Positions 1-13,307 of a DNA stretch of 64,000 nucleotides are shown here, in pieces. The notes below the pieces were generated by a model. The model worked only from the letters and a program-made list of their open reading frames with translations, was not told where the DNA came from and made no database searches. This DNA is from Cenococcum geophilum (lineage: Eukaryota). Numbering within the stretch: position 1 is the stretch's first letter; each line of letters begins with the position of its first letter. A program made the position numbers and the translations under genes. The stretch is taken from contig CP158635.1 of NCBI GenBank assembly GCA_050273025.1, forward strand, positions 3,162,001 through 3,226,000, written 5' to 3'.

Positions 1-398
1 TACGAACCAAATATGATAACCGAGTCCAAAAGCGGTCGTAGCACATCCAATTATCGAGATGGGAACCGCGAAAACCTAGATGCATTGAATAGTAAATATT
101 TTGTCACATAGGTTATGGTGAGGATTCAAGCAATCTAGGATTTGAACCTCGAAACAAGAGAGCTAATAGTCAAGAGGGGCTAACCCGAGCAACGTACCGC
201 AGCAGCAGCGATGACCCAATCGTCTGCACCTAGAGCGGCCTTCAATGTCGCCCTAGAGTACAAACGTGCAGCAAGAAAGATGAGCATTAAAGTCGTGGTG
301 GAGAGGATCCATCCCAGGGCGAGATTCACACGAGTCTCGGGGTTCACGTAATTCGGAGTTGGCCAGTTGGCCATCTCTTCAGGTGTAGCCGTAACCAT
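1..398 (-). CDS. PTH11-like / fungal rhodopsin-domain integral membrane protein, 5' part (runs off the window start)
   Basis: ATG at 398. Exon 398-198 reads MVTATPEEMANWPTPNYVNPETR...LAARLYSR...LGADDWVIAAAA. Intron 197-76 (GTACGT..CTAG). Exon 75-1 reads VFAVPISIIGCATTAFGLGYHIWFV. The WPxPNYxNP, GxDDW and GLGxHIW motifs are typical of this family. Confidence 0.85.
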
Positions 399-2992
399 TT
401 TCAGTTGAATGGAATGTAAGCAATGCCCCTGTGTACACATCAAGGTGTGACAAAGACGAACGAGGGTGTGTGCCTGAGCAGAGACGAAAGGGGCAGGGAG
501 GATGGGCGACCCATATAAATGGAGAAGGATTTGAATTTTTATGTTAGAGACACGACAGCAACTCGTTCTCGAGGAGAGGGATGGCTGCCAAACCGACCTG
601 CTCCAGACAATAGCTGCATATAGTGTGGTCCTAGGAAAGCTAAAAAAATGTGCCCGGTGTGCACCAATCAATGAGCTGCATGCACGGACGGTAAGTTGTT
701 CTACCAGATCACATAGATCGGGAGAGGCTGAAAAGGAGGTAGTGGTTCGGGCTTAGGAGGAGGCTTTTTTGCAATCTGAGACTTGGAAGTAGGGTATTTG
801 GTAGGCTGTACAAGATCTATATTGTTGGATAAGCAGTTACGCACTGTACTAGTGGTTGATTTAATTCATGAAGTTATCTATTCTCATTTCTATGCGATAG
901 TGTTGATGTCGCGCACGAACCACAAAATATACTACCCCATCATTGCAGGGATAAAATGCGGGAAGAGAAGTGCCTGACTCGACCCCACAGTTGCTAATTT
1001 CCTAGATGAAGGGGGGATTTCTCTGATCTAAACCTGAAAAGCTGGTGGGTCTATTTGGAATGCTCTTCCACAAAGCCGTAATCCTTCAGCGCAGGGTATG
1101 GTCTGGCTTGGCACCTGCTGCTGCCACGTGGTTGGGCAGAGGCGACTGAGCCACGAGATTTGGCTGTTTTGGTCTGGCGACCTTGGAGGAAGCCTGACGT
1201 CGAGTAGCGCGGAGATTCCACGATATATGACTCGGAAACCGGAAAATCGTGCCCTGGTGCGTGTCCGTACCAGGCCAGTAAAATCTCCTACGTTTTCTTG
1301 CCAAGACGTTGGATACGCGAGCAGCGTGGAGTGCATCTCGTGTTTTTTAAGTCCATCGCTTGTCCAAGGAACAGGCGGTGGTCTGGTGCTGCAGAAAAAC
1401 TCTGGCCTTGCAGTCCATTAAGAAGTCGTCTCGAGGCGATGAGATACTTGATTTCCGCATCGAACTAAGCTTCCTCACTGTGGCCAAGTCGGCTCAGCCC
1501 CCAGGGTCCAAAGGAATCTTCGTCAAGTCCGCAACCTTTATTCGTAGCGTATTTTTCTAAGACACCTCAAAAAGTTAATATAATCAAATTTTGGCTATAT
1601 TAAAAGCCCCGAGGATTACAAAGTCGACAGCAAGACGCCGTCCTCATAAAATTACGATGGGACGGAAAATTCCAGATTAACCGAAGCGGGCTCAAACCGA
1701 ATACTACAGCATGTCCGGTAGTTAGCGTCTTCCTCGCGTAGCTACTTGCTCGGAAAACCCCACCTGGCCTGCTTCCCCGTCTTGGCAGTAAGCTTCTGAA
1801 GACCTCAACATCAAAATCAAATGAAGCTTTGAATTGTATGATGATTCGCCTGTATACAAAAAGCTTGTGGTGTTGTTCCTTGCTCCGATCGTTCCTACCA
1901 CTTAGTGGGCGCCAATTACTGCCTGAATTTGTTCAGGCATAGACGAAATTAAAAGATCTAGATCCTTAGGTATAATACAGTCCTATTCTTTGCGAATTGC
2001 TTTAACTGTTGCCTCCCTAGTTATTGGGCGTAGGCGACGCTTTGCGACACCTGAGGTAGTATTTCACGATAGCGAGCTGTCGCTGGTGCTGGGGGCTTCG
2101 ATTAATGCGTTAGAGGCTTAGAGGATCTAAAGAAGATTGGAGGACGTATTGTTTAGTAGTTCTAACTAGAGCTTTACCATGAGATCGATTCATGTACGGC
2201 TTTAAAACCTCGTATCTCCGCCAGCAGCAGCGAGGATGAGGTAATTCGGCAAGCTCCATTTGATGTTTGCAGCCAAGACGGAGTATATATATTTGAGGTT
2301 AGCGGTGGCTTGATCTAAAAACACTAACCACCGGACGTGCCTACATGCTGTACTTTCAAATCCACAAAACAAAGTGGTCCGGTTGTTGCTCGGTGCAGTT
2401 CCAGCAGTCGGAAGCTTCCGATAGTGTGCTTTTAAAGGCTTCGGCTTGCATGAGTCATCCCAGGTCACCCCGGGTTTGACAATTAATCGTTTGCTTGACC
2501 CCACAAGTCGCAGCTTCTCCGCAAGAGATAGCCAGCAGCAGTGAACAGCTGATGATATATTAGATACAGTCTGTAACTATAAGCAAGTGCATCTTCAAAA
2601 CTACGCGTTCGACATTAATTCCATCGAAATATAGGTTCCAAGGCATAAGTCTGGAGGTGCTGTAGTCATCAACACACTACACGCTTTTGAGAATATCAAA
2701 GTAACACCGGCACTAGACCTGATCTGTCATCACGCCTGATACGCTTAGATCATCGAATGTCCATCCTTGTATTACTTGTTCCCATATTGCGCCATCCTTG
2801 GAACACGCGTGCTTCGCGTCGCAGAATCGCCGTGAACGCCTCCATCCAAGCCCACCCTCTAGGCTCGGCACGGCAACTCCTGGGCCCGTAACGCCGGTCA
2901 CTAGGTCCCATTCTACAAATCGCTGCGTGGGTATTAATGTCAACGGATGATTACTTCAGGAATTGAAGCAAATGCCTGCGACGGTGCATTAT

Positions 2993-4487
2993 TTAGCCGG
3001 CGACTGCATTCTGGAGAGTCAGGCTCACTTCGCGATTCCCTTTTATTAACTCCTCTAGAAAACTGGCCGCTTCCATCAAAACATTACTCTTGCTCAAACC
3101 GCCGTTTCGCAGTTCGGGCACTAGATCGTGAAGCTCTTCGAAGCCATGCTTGATAAGATTTCGTCTTTTCTGCTCCGAAAGGATGTGATTGCTACGCTTT
3201 TGCTCTTCCGTTAGGTTCTCTCGCTGCGCTTTCTGGCTCGCCGACGAGGATTTCCTCTTCTTTCCAGAATTGTCATCTTGGGATGCTTTGCGAGCCTTGA
3301 TACCTCGTGATAGAGATTGGCTCTTACGTTGCACAGTCGATGTCTTGTCGTCGACCGACCCATCTCGCGGCCTTGATTGATGAGCGTGCTTGCTTTTCCG
3401 CCGCTTCTTTGCGGGCTGGGCACCGTTCTCTTCATCCTCGTCATCAGTGGTCCCGTCCTCGGATTGGTCAGCCTCATCACCGGCCAGAGGCATTAGCTCA
3501 ATAGGGAATCTGCGGAGTCTGCGGGGCGCTACCGGGCTCGATGGCTGGGTGCTTTCAACACTTGGAGCGACATCTTTAGTCGAGGGTTGTAGAATGTGTA
3601 GGTCGTGCATCAGTCGTCGTGTGACTGCATCCTCAGTATCTTGCGGCGATGAGACAATGTATCCTGTCGGGTTGAATGCGTTATCGGAACCGAAGGCGTA
3701 TGGTCTCTTCAGCCGCTGCCTATGACTTTCATCTTGCTGCATTTGTGGATGATGTTGCGCCATCTGCACAAACTGAGCAGCAATAGACGCGTCGATGGAG
3801 CCGTTTTCTGCGTGATTAGGCAGTAATGCCGCCAGCTGTTCTGGTAAGGGAGTATGTGAAGTGGGAACCGTTGGAGATTGAAAGAAATTTGAAGAGTGAG
3901 GACGAGGAGATGAGACAGTAGAATCAGGCAGAGGGTTGAGGTCGTACATGATGTTTTGGTTGGTATATGTCGCCTCAGGCGAAAGGTTGGCCGTTTGGCT
4001 TGACTGAGCGTTATTGAACAATGTAGAAGCAGCGCGTAAATCATCATCAGACGTTATATTTGACCTCCTTCGATTAGAATTGCCGGTAAAGCCATGATCA
4101 TCATGGAAGCCATGCAGTGAATGCGATGGATCTGGTACTGTGGTAGACACGCCGTGTATTGTTGGAGGCGGATCGAATGGCCAGTTAAAATCCGAGAGAC
4201 CATCTTTCGGGTGGAAGCCTGCATCTAAATTATAATCTTCAGTGTGGAAAGGATTTGTGTTGTTGAAAAAGTCTGCGAGTGACTGATTCTCGGTTTCACT
4301 CAGGAGAGGAGGGGCGCCAGTGAAGAAGGCTTCGGAAGACGCGGCGAAATCGCTCGCGCTGAAAGTGTCTACGAAGCATAAATGAGTTATCCTCAGTCAA
4401 GTTACATGACACCTATCAACCTCAGCGAGGCGCATACTTACAACCAAAGGGTGATGTATCTTTCGCAGCCAGATGTGAAGAGTCCAT
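2993..4487 (-). CDS. bHLH transcription factor (fungal INO4-like), ~473 aa, 2 exons
   Basis: Exon 1 4487-4442 (MDSSHLAAKDTSPFG), intron 4441-4369 (GTAAGT..TAG), exon 2 4368-2993; spliced length 1422 nt, in frame. C-terminal bHLH: LTEEQKRSNHILSEQKRRNLIKHGFEELHDLVPELRNGGLSKSNVL. Confidence 0.9.
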
Positions 4488-4775
4488 ACCGAAATGGCTC
4501 TTCAGCAATGGGCGCCTGGTACCTCCCGCCAACCCCGGAAACGAAGAGACGGCAAGGGTATCCAGCTTGTCTTTTCTTTCAAGTTTGACCTGAAGGTTGC
4601 AACTGGCGGGGCCAGAAGCACCATGGTCTGATCGGACTGGTGGGCTGAGGGCTCTGGCGACAAACGGGAAGCCAGAGGTAATCGCCTACGCGACAAAGCT
4701 TACAGGAGCGTCGAAAAGGAGTAGTAAATATAGGGGCTGTTGAGTGATATTTGGTGTTCAAACTTGGCGTTAAGG

Positions 4776-4801
4776 TTTAGGTATTTAGGTATTTAGGTAT
4801 T
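4776..4801. repeat. Short tandem repeat (TTTAGGTA)x3 upstream of the bHLH gene
   Basis: gtttaggtatttaggtatttaggtatt read directly. Confidence 0.7.
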
Positions 4802-5989
4802 GACTTTGTTGAGAGAGGGTTCCGTTGGGTTGCTTGCAGTCGAGCCTGAGTGACCAGTCGACAACCGAAGTGGGAGTAGGTCGAGAGAAGAGAGACGTAA
4901 AGTATGAGTGCCAGTCGCAGGCGTCGTAGGTGTTATAGAGCATCAAGGAGCAGAGAGTAGCAGCGCTGACATTACTGCGGAGGCCCCAACAGACGTCTTC
5001 TTTAAGGTGTTGTGTCGAGTGACCTAGTGGGTTGGGCTATCACATGCGAACGAAAAGTGATCGGTTGTGCAACGGTCGCCTCCGCATCTCGACCTGGAGG
5101 CTGCAGCTGCCGCCCACCCACGGCGACCGCGTGCTTTATTAGTGACCATGCAAATGCCCTCGATGCCCTACCCATTTCTATAGCCCACAACACCCCGCAA
5201 ATTCTCTCTACAAGTTGCTGGACGTGCGATTCGATTTATCCGTCACGTTACGCTGCTCTACTTTCTTGTCCATCTCGCCGAACACGCTGCTCGGCTTCAC
5301 GCTCTCCTGTCGCCACGGATCGCCAATACGCTCGGCGTCCGGAGCTACGAACGGTACGTATCCGGATGTTTCCAACTCCACCCCTCCTTCACGCTGCCCA
5401 TAAGCTCCCCTCCCAACTGCCATTCCCTTAGATGTGCAGAAAACACGTTTCAGCCCTCCAGCTAGCTTTTGACAATAATATGGCATCTTTCCCGTGCAGC
5501 TCGCTTGCCCAATTTCGGTTATTTCTCCTTGTCTATTTCATCAACTCCTTCCCCACGGGGCGTTAGGATGGTGTTTTGAGCAATGTTGATTCCAGCCTCA
5601 GCCCTCCAATTCGTACCAAGTGCGGAGTGACTTCCCCTCCGAACACTCTCTCGCAAACTTGTCAATGCTCCAGGCCTACTTCGGCTTTAGTTCTGGCCCC
5701 TCTATGACTTCTGTCGCTGACGTTTGTCAGAGTGAAGCGCCAGGGCATCCATTTCAACTCCCTGCCGCACACATTGGCGGTGAGCACTTCCACTGCTTCA
5801 ACCGTGGCTTTCTCATATGATATCTGTCTTGACTGGAAGAGGTCAAGAGGTCGTGTTGAAGCTCAAACAAGTCTATCCCCTTTTGCTGCAATTGCCCAAT
5901 CCTGCCACCAACGAGAAGAATTTAGTCACGCTGCATGAGGTCGTTAGGCTTCCCTGTTGCTCATCTTCCTTGGCTTCTTCTTCCATGAC

Positions 5990-7819
5990 ATGGCCAGGAC
6001 TCAGAATGGTGGTCGACATATCCAACTCGTCAAGCCGTAAGTTCACCCTACCCCTTTCTCGAGTAGGTACTTTAGATCAGGTACATCGGATTTACCTGGA
6101 TGACCGATTGCAATCAGATGCCGAATGTGGGGGGTGTTGGCACTAATTCTAACATCTTCCCAGGCTTGCTAGGGCGTATCTCCTCGGGTATCTCTCGAGC
6201 ACGAGTCCAAGGATCGTCAGTGTGCTTGCTGCATTGGCGAGGCAAAAAATAAGCCCGGCAGTGGCGTTGCATCGGGTATGTTGTGTGGCACCTGGTAGAG
6301 ATGAAAATCCCTAATTTCCTCCTTTCTGTTACACTCCTCGCATCCCATTTCAGAGAACTTGTATCTTTCTTCATATCTTCTGATAGCCCCTTTACATCCC
6401 CGGATCCATCTTGGAGACTGACCGGTATGCGCAATCAAGCTATTCCAGGTTCTTCGTCAGGCCGCTGCCCTCAATCGCTTTCCCGCATTTTGCGGCATCT
6501 TAATCGGAGGTTCTACCTTACTCCAATTGCCCCTTAAACATATATTTATCGCACTCAACCAATTCCTTGGACGAAAGAAGTGGTCTATCGATGGGACTTC
6601 AATTGAAAGACTAGCGAAAGTTCTCGCTGCTCTCATCTCAGCTTCCATCAGCTTTACTCTATTGAACAGTAGGCCAGTCAGTCGCATTGAATTACAAGGC
6701 ACAACTTCAACCCAGGGAATACCAATTTCAGGTCCAAACAATGACCCATGTTCATTTAAAGAACCACCTGAAACCACTGCACGCTCTGACGCTCCCAGAC
6801 CGGCTATGCTACCGGCCTCTGCCTTGGCCGGCAGAACCATGGATCTTACTCTCTTCGCCGTAATTCGTGCGCTGGACGTACTTATCAGCGGTATGTGGGC
6901 ACGCACCACGTCCCGTAAAACTCGCTCTACTGCGACAATCTCTCGAAGCACTCCACCAATTCTATTCTGTCTCTCCGCCGCGACAATCATGCATGCCTGG
7001 TTCTACACCCCTTCAAGATTACCATCGACCTACAATCGCTGGATATCGACTGCTGCAGAACTAGACAACCGGCTTTTACTTGTATTGCGACATGCTCGTT
7101 ACGGCACTTTCACTTACGGTAAGGACACCGGTATGGCCCCACTACTTGCCTCCATGTGCAAAGACTACGGGCTTCCAGAGCAGTGGGGTGATCCTGCCAA
7201 AACAATCCCGGTCCCTTGCGAACTCGTGCACATGGGCTGCGGGAAGAACTGCGAGAAACACGCCCTAATACGCTTCTGGCGCGGGTGGGCCTTCGCAGCA
7301 CGAATGTACGCACCACTGCAGCTGCTCATGCTGCTCCGCGGCGCCCGAACCAAAGCACGAGGCCGCAGCAGTCCCTCGAAGCTAGCCATCACCTCCGACG
7401 CGCTGACGAAAGCCACGATCGACATGACGCGCAGCTCTGCCTTCCTGGGCGCTTTCATCGCCCTCTTCTACTACGGCGTGTGTCTCGCGCGCACGCGTCT
7501 CGGGCCTAAGCTCTTCTCGCCCACCACCATCAGCCCCCAGATGTGGGACAGCGGGCTGTGCGTGCTGGCTGGGTGCGCGCTATGCGGCTCCTCCATCCTG
7601 TTCGAACGGGAGCGCAAGCGGCTGGAAATCCTCTTCTTCGTGCTGCCGCGCGCCGCCGCGGTGTGGTTCCCGCGGCGCTACTTGAAAGAGCACAGGTGGA
7701 GGGAGCACGTCGCGTTTGCGCTCAGCACGGCCGTCGTGTTCACGGTCGCGCAGGAGCGGCCGGAGCGCGTGAGGGGCATGCTGGGGAGTGTTTTGCATGG
7801 AGTGCTGAGTCAGGGCTAA
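5990..7819 (+). CDS. TMEM135-like multi-pass membrane protein, ~512 aa, 3 exons
   Basis: Exons 5990-6036 (MARTQNGGRHIQLVKP), 6164-6275 (LARAYLLGYLSST...) and 6440-7819, with GT..AG introns; 1539 nt in frame. Motifs AGRTMDLTLFA, IMHAWFYTPSRLPSTYNRWI, PCELVH, RSSAFL, LFFVLPRA. Confidence 0.85.
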
Positions 7820-8376
7820 GGGCTAGGGCTAGGGTGAGGGCTTTAGCCACAAGGCCCGCCGGGTACCTGGTTGGCGGTTGATGCGGGGAATTTTCGGGTG
7901 GCGGCGGAAGCTTTTGAAACAGAGGTGCCTTGAGCCCTCTGACTGTGTTGGTGGAAGGGCTTTTTTGGTGCGGGGTGAGTGATGACGACGTCTGCTCAGC
8001 TTGAGGTGTTTGATTTGCGGTGCAGAATGTGTCGCATATTTCGTCTGCTCGTGATTTTGGTAGAGCCAGGACTTGTTGGCATTGTCTTCTAAGACGCTTT
8101 TGGGCCCTGTATACTGGCCGGCTGTTGGAATGTTGTAATTTGGTAACCTTAGCCTTCGCTGCATGTATTAAGCTCTGTATTTAGCTAAGAGTTCAAGGCG
8201 TGAAAGCTTGGTTGATCAAATATTTAGGTATGACCATAGGCCCAGAAGATTATAATCCTTATAATCAGTTTAGGGACATGAGTCGGGTGCATCGGGCCTT
8301 TTGCAGGTCCTTGGAGGCTTGTTCGAAGTACTTCTTGCACAGCAATGGCTCGACGAATCACTCACGATATCCTCTC

Positions 8377-9440
8377 CTAGAGTAATTTGACATATGACCG
8401 AGATGCGACTGTAGCATTCCAAGCTTTGTCAACACCAACTGCCAGCTCGTAGTCCTGCGCTCCCGAGACCATTCGAAGGTATTCACGTCTTTCTACACTA
8501 CGAAACAGAAGATGGTTGCTGGTCATGTGATCTGCACCGACCTCTTCTCCTGTCGAAAGCCAAATGGGGCCTAGTTCAGGGGTTCTACAGTGGGGCCCCC
8601 CTACATAATAGCCTAGGTTCTCTTCAATTTGATCCTCACACGAGTTCTGACATCTCTCATTTCCATCTCTGAGAGTATGGATGTGGCAGAAGTATGCTAT
8701 AACATGTACGGGAGAAAGCAAAGGATGCGGTTTCTTCGACCCGTGGAGCTCATCTCTCCATTCAATAAACCGACCCATTACCGCCGGCATCTACCCGGGT
8801 ACGGAAAGATTCGAAGTTTGTTACTTTGTACGTCGACTGGTGTGTTTCTGTATTAACTAATCTTTTCCCTTCTCCCCCAAGCCAGACCTTTTTCAATCAG
8901 GGTACGGGAAGTATCAATGAGTATTACCTTCGCGAGTGCCTTGATTTGTCTCTCATCTAATCCGCGGGTGTTGGAAGCGGTAACCGCTGCTTCAAACAGT
9001 TTTCTGCATACTATTATACAGTTCTGCAATTCCGCGACTTCATTCATGTCTTCACTTGGCAAAAGATCTGAAGCGGGCACTGTATACTCTCGAAAGTTAT
9101 CAAATTTTACTGCCGGTTTGGCAGTTATGACGTTTGCCTGCAGATTCTGAGACTATTTCCCTCGAGTGCCGCACTTTAGTGAGCATATTCGGTGCTTAAT
9201 GCCGTTGTATAGAGTCGACTCTTGTCTCCATGGTTCACAATTCGTTTTAAGTCATTGACTCCCTCTAGTTCTCCATTTAATTTTTACCTGTAAATCCCGG
9301 TAGGGGTTCATCTTTCCTGGATTGAAGTGGTTGAAATAAAGTTGTGGGAGCTTCGAGGTATCTAAAACTAGGTTAACAGCTACAGTAAGCTTAAACCTTG
9401 GAGGTCTTGTTCCATAAGTCATAACATAAGGAGAAACCAC
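8377..9440 (-). pseudogene. Fic/Doc-domain (Fido) protein pseudogene
   Basis: Fragments in several frames: EYAH*SAALEGNSL (stop at 9178-9176), EVAELQNCII, WGRREKIS*YRNTPVDVQSNKLRIFPYPV, a frameshift to PAVMGRFIEWRD, then HIHTLRDGNER (degenerate Fic motif HPFxDGNGR). The 5' boundary is approximate. Confidence 0.75.
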
Positions 9441-9694
9441 AATGACAGTTTAAAGGTAATCCCTTTCATTTCTGCTCCCTTCGGTATTATCTGCCGCAAA
9501 CAATTTACCGTATTTTTCGAGTATGTTATCGGCATTGTACTTAGATGTCACGTGTGCACTGTCAGGTTGAGACCTAGCCTTGCAGGCAGACCTGTCCGCA
9601 ATTCCTTCTCATTTCACTTTGCTTTCCTTCTTCCTACTTGCATCTGGCTCAGCTAAGACATCTTCTTTACATTTGTTCTATTTCAAGAACCATC

Positions 9695-12600
9695 ATGACA
9701 GATCCCATATCGCTCACCGGAACTGCTGTCGGAATTGTTTCTCTTGGGTTAACCGTTTGCCAGAGCCTGGTATCATACTACGACTCGTGGAAGTCTCATG
9801 ATGAACAGGTCAAGGAGGCGGTAACGAGAATTGAAGAGCTCGAAAATGTCCTAGATGTCCTCAGTGGGCGGCTTGCTCGTCTACCTTCAGATCACGAAGT
9901 TAGTTCTCAGGTCCAAACGTTGACCGTGTCTTGTAAGGCTAGCATGAAAAAGCTAGAGGACATATTTGAAGAATGCTGTAAGGCTGGGAACCCATCCACC
10001 CTCAAAGAGAAATTCCAGGCCCAGAGGCGAAAGGCATTATTTCCGTTCAAAAAGGATACTCTGGAAAGCATCAAGGCTACATCACGTGATGTTATTGGTG
10101 TCCTTAACATTGCACTACAAACCCTACAAGTGTATGTTGGACTTTTTCCAGCATTCTCTACTCTATATGTGCCTTTTTTTCATTTCGGTTTCTTGACCAG
10201 GTACAGAGACTACTGGAGGCTGAAAACCCGACTAACCACAAAATCATAGAGACATTCAGGTCGAACAAATTTCGATGATAAACGAGCACTTCAGTAAGTT
10301 AGACAATACCGTAGCTGGCCAAGGGTCAGCAATACAAGCAAATTTGGCGCAAATTTCAGACAGATCAGAACGATTTGAAAAGAGCGTGCTCGTCGACCAA
10401 GCCAGAATAATGGAGGCACTCTTGTCACAGAAGTCTTCCGAAGAGCGGATTATTGAAGCTTTGGTATGAACTAACACCCTTGATATCATATCATTACTAA
10501 TGAACTCAAGAAATCTGAGTTGCAGAATTTCCAGCTGAAGTTATGTCAAAGCCCTAGGCTACTTGAGACAGCATGTAATGATGCTCAGAGATTAGGAGTA
10601 TTCAGCGAGCAACCCGATATAACATCTTTAGCATCATCAGACTTTACACACACCCCAATTAGGAGTCTTGTGCCGCGAAATCGATGCACTTGCACTACAC
10701 ATCCCAAAGGAGCAAAAAGTTTCCCTATCACCCGGAGTAAATTTTCATTCTGGCGCGGGACTTCTTCACATAGCGAAACATGTCATTTTCGCTACCGTGA
10801 TAGAACCTTTGGGCTAGGGCTTAGGGTCTGCTGTTTCATCCTTTCAAGAGCAATCCAGGCAACTTTAACCGTAACTCAGGGTGCTGGGGGTTGTTCTATA
10901 AGCTCAGCCTTGAAGTACCGAGCGATTGTTCCTGACAACTCTCCTGCATTTAAGATTGTGTATTCCGCCGAATTGGAATTCACCCCAGGCATTGACGTTC
11001 AAAGCTTGCAGCATCACATAGAAAATCTATTGCAACAGTTAAAGAAGCTTTTCAGGGACGGAAAGGCGTCGCCAACGGATATATGCCAAAACGAAGGTAG
11101 TCTGCTTCATGTGAGCAGAAAATTCACATATATCGAATATGAAACAAGAATTGACAAATTTCCAGGCTGCTATTCCTGCAGGGGATTCGCTTACTTCTAA
11201 ATGTCAAAATGGGTTGATTGAAAATTATCATAGATGGATTTTTGGGCTAATTAGCTTGGGTGTTCCTACGAAAGAGTTCGATTTTTATGGGAGGTAAGAG
11301 CCGCCGGGTTAGGTTGACTTTCTGGACCACTGACTATTTAGAACGGCAACAGACCGCTTATTAGATCATATCAATGATTACGGCCTCAAGCCCGACCGCC
11401 GTACTGGCCTTGGCCGTATAATATCTGATATGTTAGAGAACACCGATGTAGAGCTTACTGGAACAGACGCGCCCATAACTTACCATCCACCGGGCGACAG
11501 TCGACCAGAATTCGTGGAATGTGTTAGGGTATTTGAAGAACTCTTTGAAAGTAACGTACTTCTTGTGGACAGCGAAGGTTAATTTCTAACAATGAGTAGC
11601 TTTGCAGTGGGGGCCGCTTTGCGTAGCGGTTGTTCGTAAATCAGAAACTGAAGTCCTCAGGATTTTAACCAGCAATCCTGATGCAATCTCAGAAGAGAAT
11701 GACCGAGGGCAAAGTCCACTCCATCTATCGTGCAATTGGCCTCATGGAATGTCTCTTCTTCTCCAGTTCGGTGGCACCAAAATTATCAATCGCCCTGATA
11801 ACATCAACCTTCTCCCACTTTATTATGCTTGCACAGTCGGATGCGTAGAAACCGTGCGGCTCCTCTTAGAAGCCGACAGTGCTTTCTTCTCTAAGAGGGC
11901 ATTTGTTTGCCACGGTGATGGAGATGTACTCCAAAGAGCTGTAGATTGTCATGCGGACACACTATTACCCCTTCTTATTCCTGCTTTGGTTAACAGACGA
12001 AACCGGCTCCAACAGCTAGCTTTTGAGCATCTACCTGAACATTTGTATAACTCCCTCGGCATTTGTCCTGACCGGATTCTAGACAAGCAAGCTTACCAGA
12101 CTTATATTGCGTTGGCCGACAACGGCGTACTAGTGCCGGCCTCACTTACTTACTCGAACAGAATTCAAACAGTATATCACAACTTTCTCACGCCGAGAAG
12201 TGCTGAAATGCTCTTTGAAGCTGGATTCCTTGACATCGATGAACTCGATTTCCAACGCGCTACACCTTTGATGTATTTCAATGCCTGGGCGGGGGGGGAA
12301 TACATTCTTTACTTGCCTTGGCTGCTGGGCAAAGGGGCACACATAGATTGTATATTGCCAAGTCTCAAAGCAGGAGATTCAAAGTGCATGATAGTACACC
12401 AACTCGCTTGGATGCTGGGCACATCTTTCTTTCATGTGCATTTCCAACAACGAAACGAACAAACCCTTAATCAGGATGGGGCCCTTTCCAAATTCTGGTT
12501 GTATCCCGAACAGCTTCGCAACGTAATAGCAAAATTTTTTGGTAAACCTGTATTCGATGAATGCGTATGTTCTTGTTCAAACAATGGCTGCTGCCCCGCC

Positions 12601-13077
12601 ACCAAATTTCTCCTGGCTTCCAGTATATGGACTCGTGGCAGCAAATGCAACAAGCAGCAGGTGCGCCTTTGGTTTATAGACTGGATCCTTGGGTATATTG
12701 AAAAGGTTGGAGATTGTAATGGTGCTCCGGATTGGCTTTTGGCCGAGATAATTCGGTTCGAAACATTCTCTAAGCTTTGCCTCACGCATACATGCCGGAA
12801 TATGTCATTGCTCTACTTGGATGAGAGGCCATACTACGAGTGCTTAGCTCATGAGGAAATCAAAGAAATTCGAGAAGAGGAGCGTTTAATGATTGCACAA
12901 TTGGATGACCTAGTTGCGGAATTTGTAGCAAAGTACACAGAGCTTGGAGTACCGCTACTGGAATTTTTTGAAGGATACTGGGAAGACCGAATGGAGGAAG
13001 TTTTAGACAAGTCAGGATCCGTAGATGAAGAAGAAGTTCGGCGTCTTACAGAGTTGGGTGTGGTGTTGGAAGAGTAG
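9695..13077 (+). CDS. HeLo-like (fungal STAND N-terminal) domain + ankyrin repeat protein with Cys/His-rich motifs, 6 exons
   Basis: Predicted exons ~9695-10131, 10250-10463, 10511-11110, 11167-11293, 11342-11550 and 11600-13077, all with GT..AG introns and an open frame. N-terminus MTDPISLTGTAVGIVSLGLTVCQSLVSYY. Ankyrin-like motifs GQSPLHLSC and LLPLYYACTVGCVETVRLLLEAD. C-terminal CVCSCSNNGCCP and RFETFSKLCLTHTC. Confidence 0.8.
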
Positions 13078-13259
13078 GCTCTGCAAGTAAAAGGAACTAC
13101 TGTCAGAGTACACCTGCTTGTAGCGATGGTGTAACGAATGATGAGTAAGGGTCAGGGTAACTGTACGATATGCTGGTTTGCCTACTTCTGCAGACGAAGA
13201 AGCTATACACATAGCTATCTTGTAACCGACTACCGCACCCTACATATCGCTCTGTATTA

Positions 13260-13307
13260 CCTGCGTAACACCTGCGTCTCGCCTGCGTCTCGCCTGCGTC
13301 TCGCCTG
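13260..13307. repeat. 11-bp tandem repeat (CCTGCGTCTCG)x3 plus one degenerate unit
   Basis: cctgcgtaaca cctgcgtctcg cctgcgtctcg cctgcgtctcg cctg, downstream of the ankyrin gene stop. Confidence 0.8.

Noticed and set aside
400..2950. Short ORFs between the PTH11-like and bHLH genes
   Set aside because: No motifs, coding bias or consistent splice structure; treated as intergenic/UTR.
7812..7840. Telomere-like AGGGCTAAGGGCTAGGGCTAGGGTGAGGG
   Set aside because: Only about five degenerate units at a stop codon in an internal position; not a TTAGGG array.
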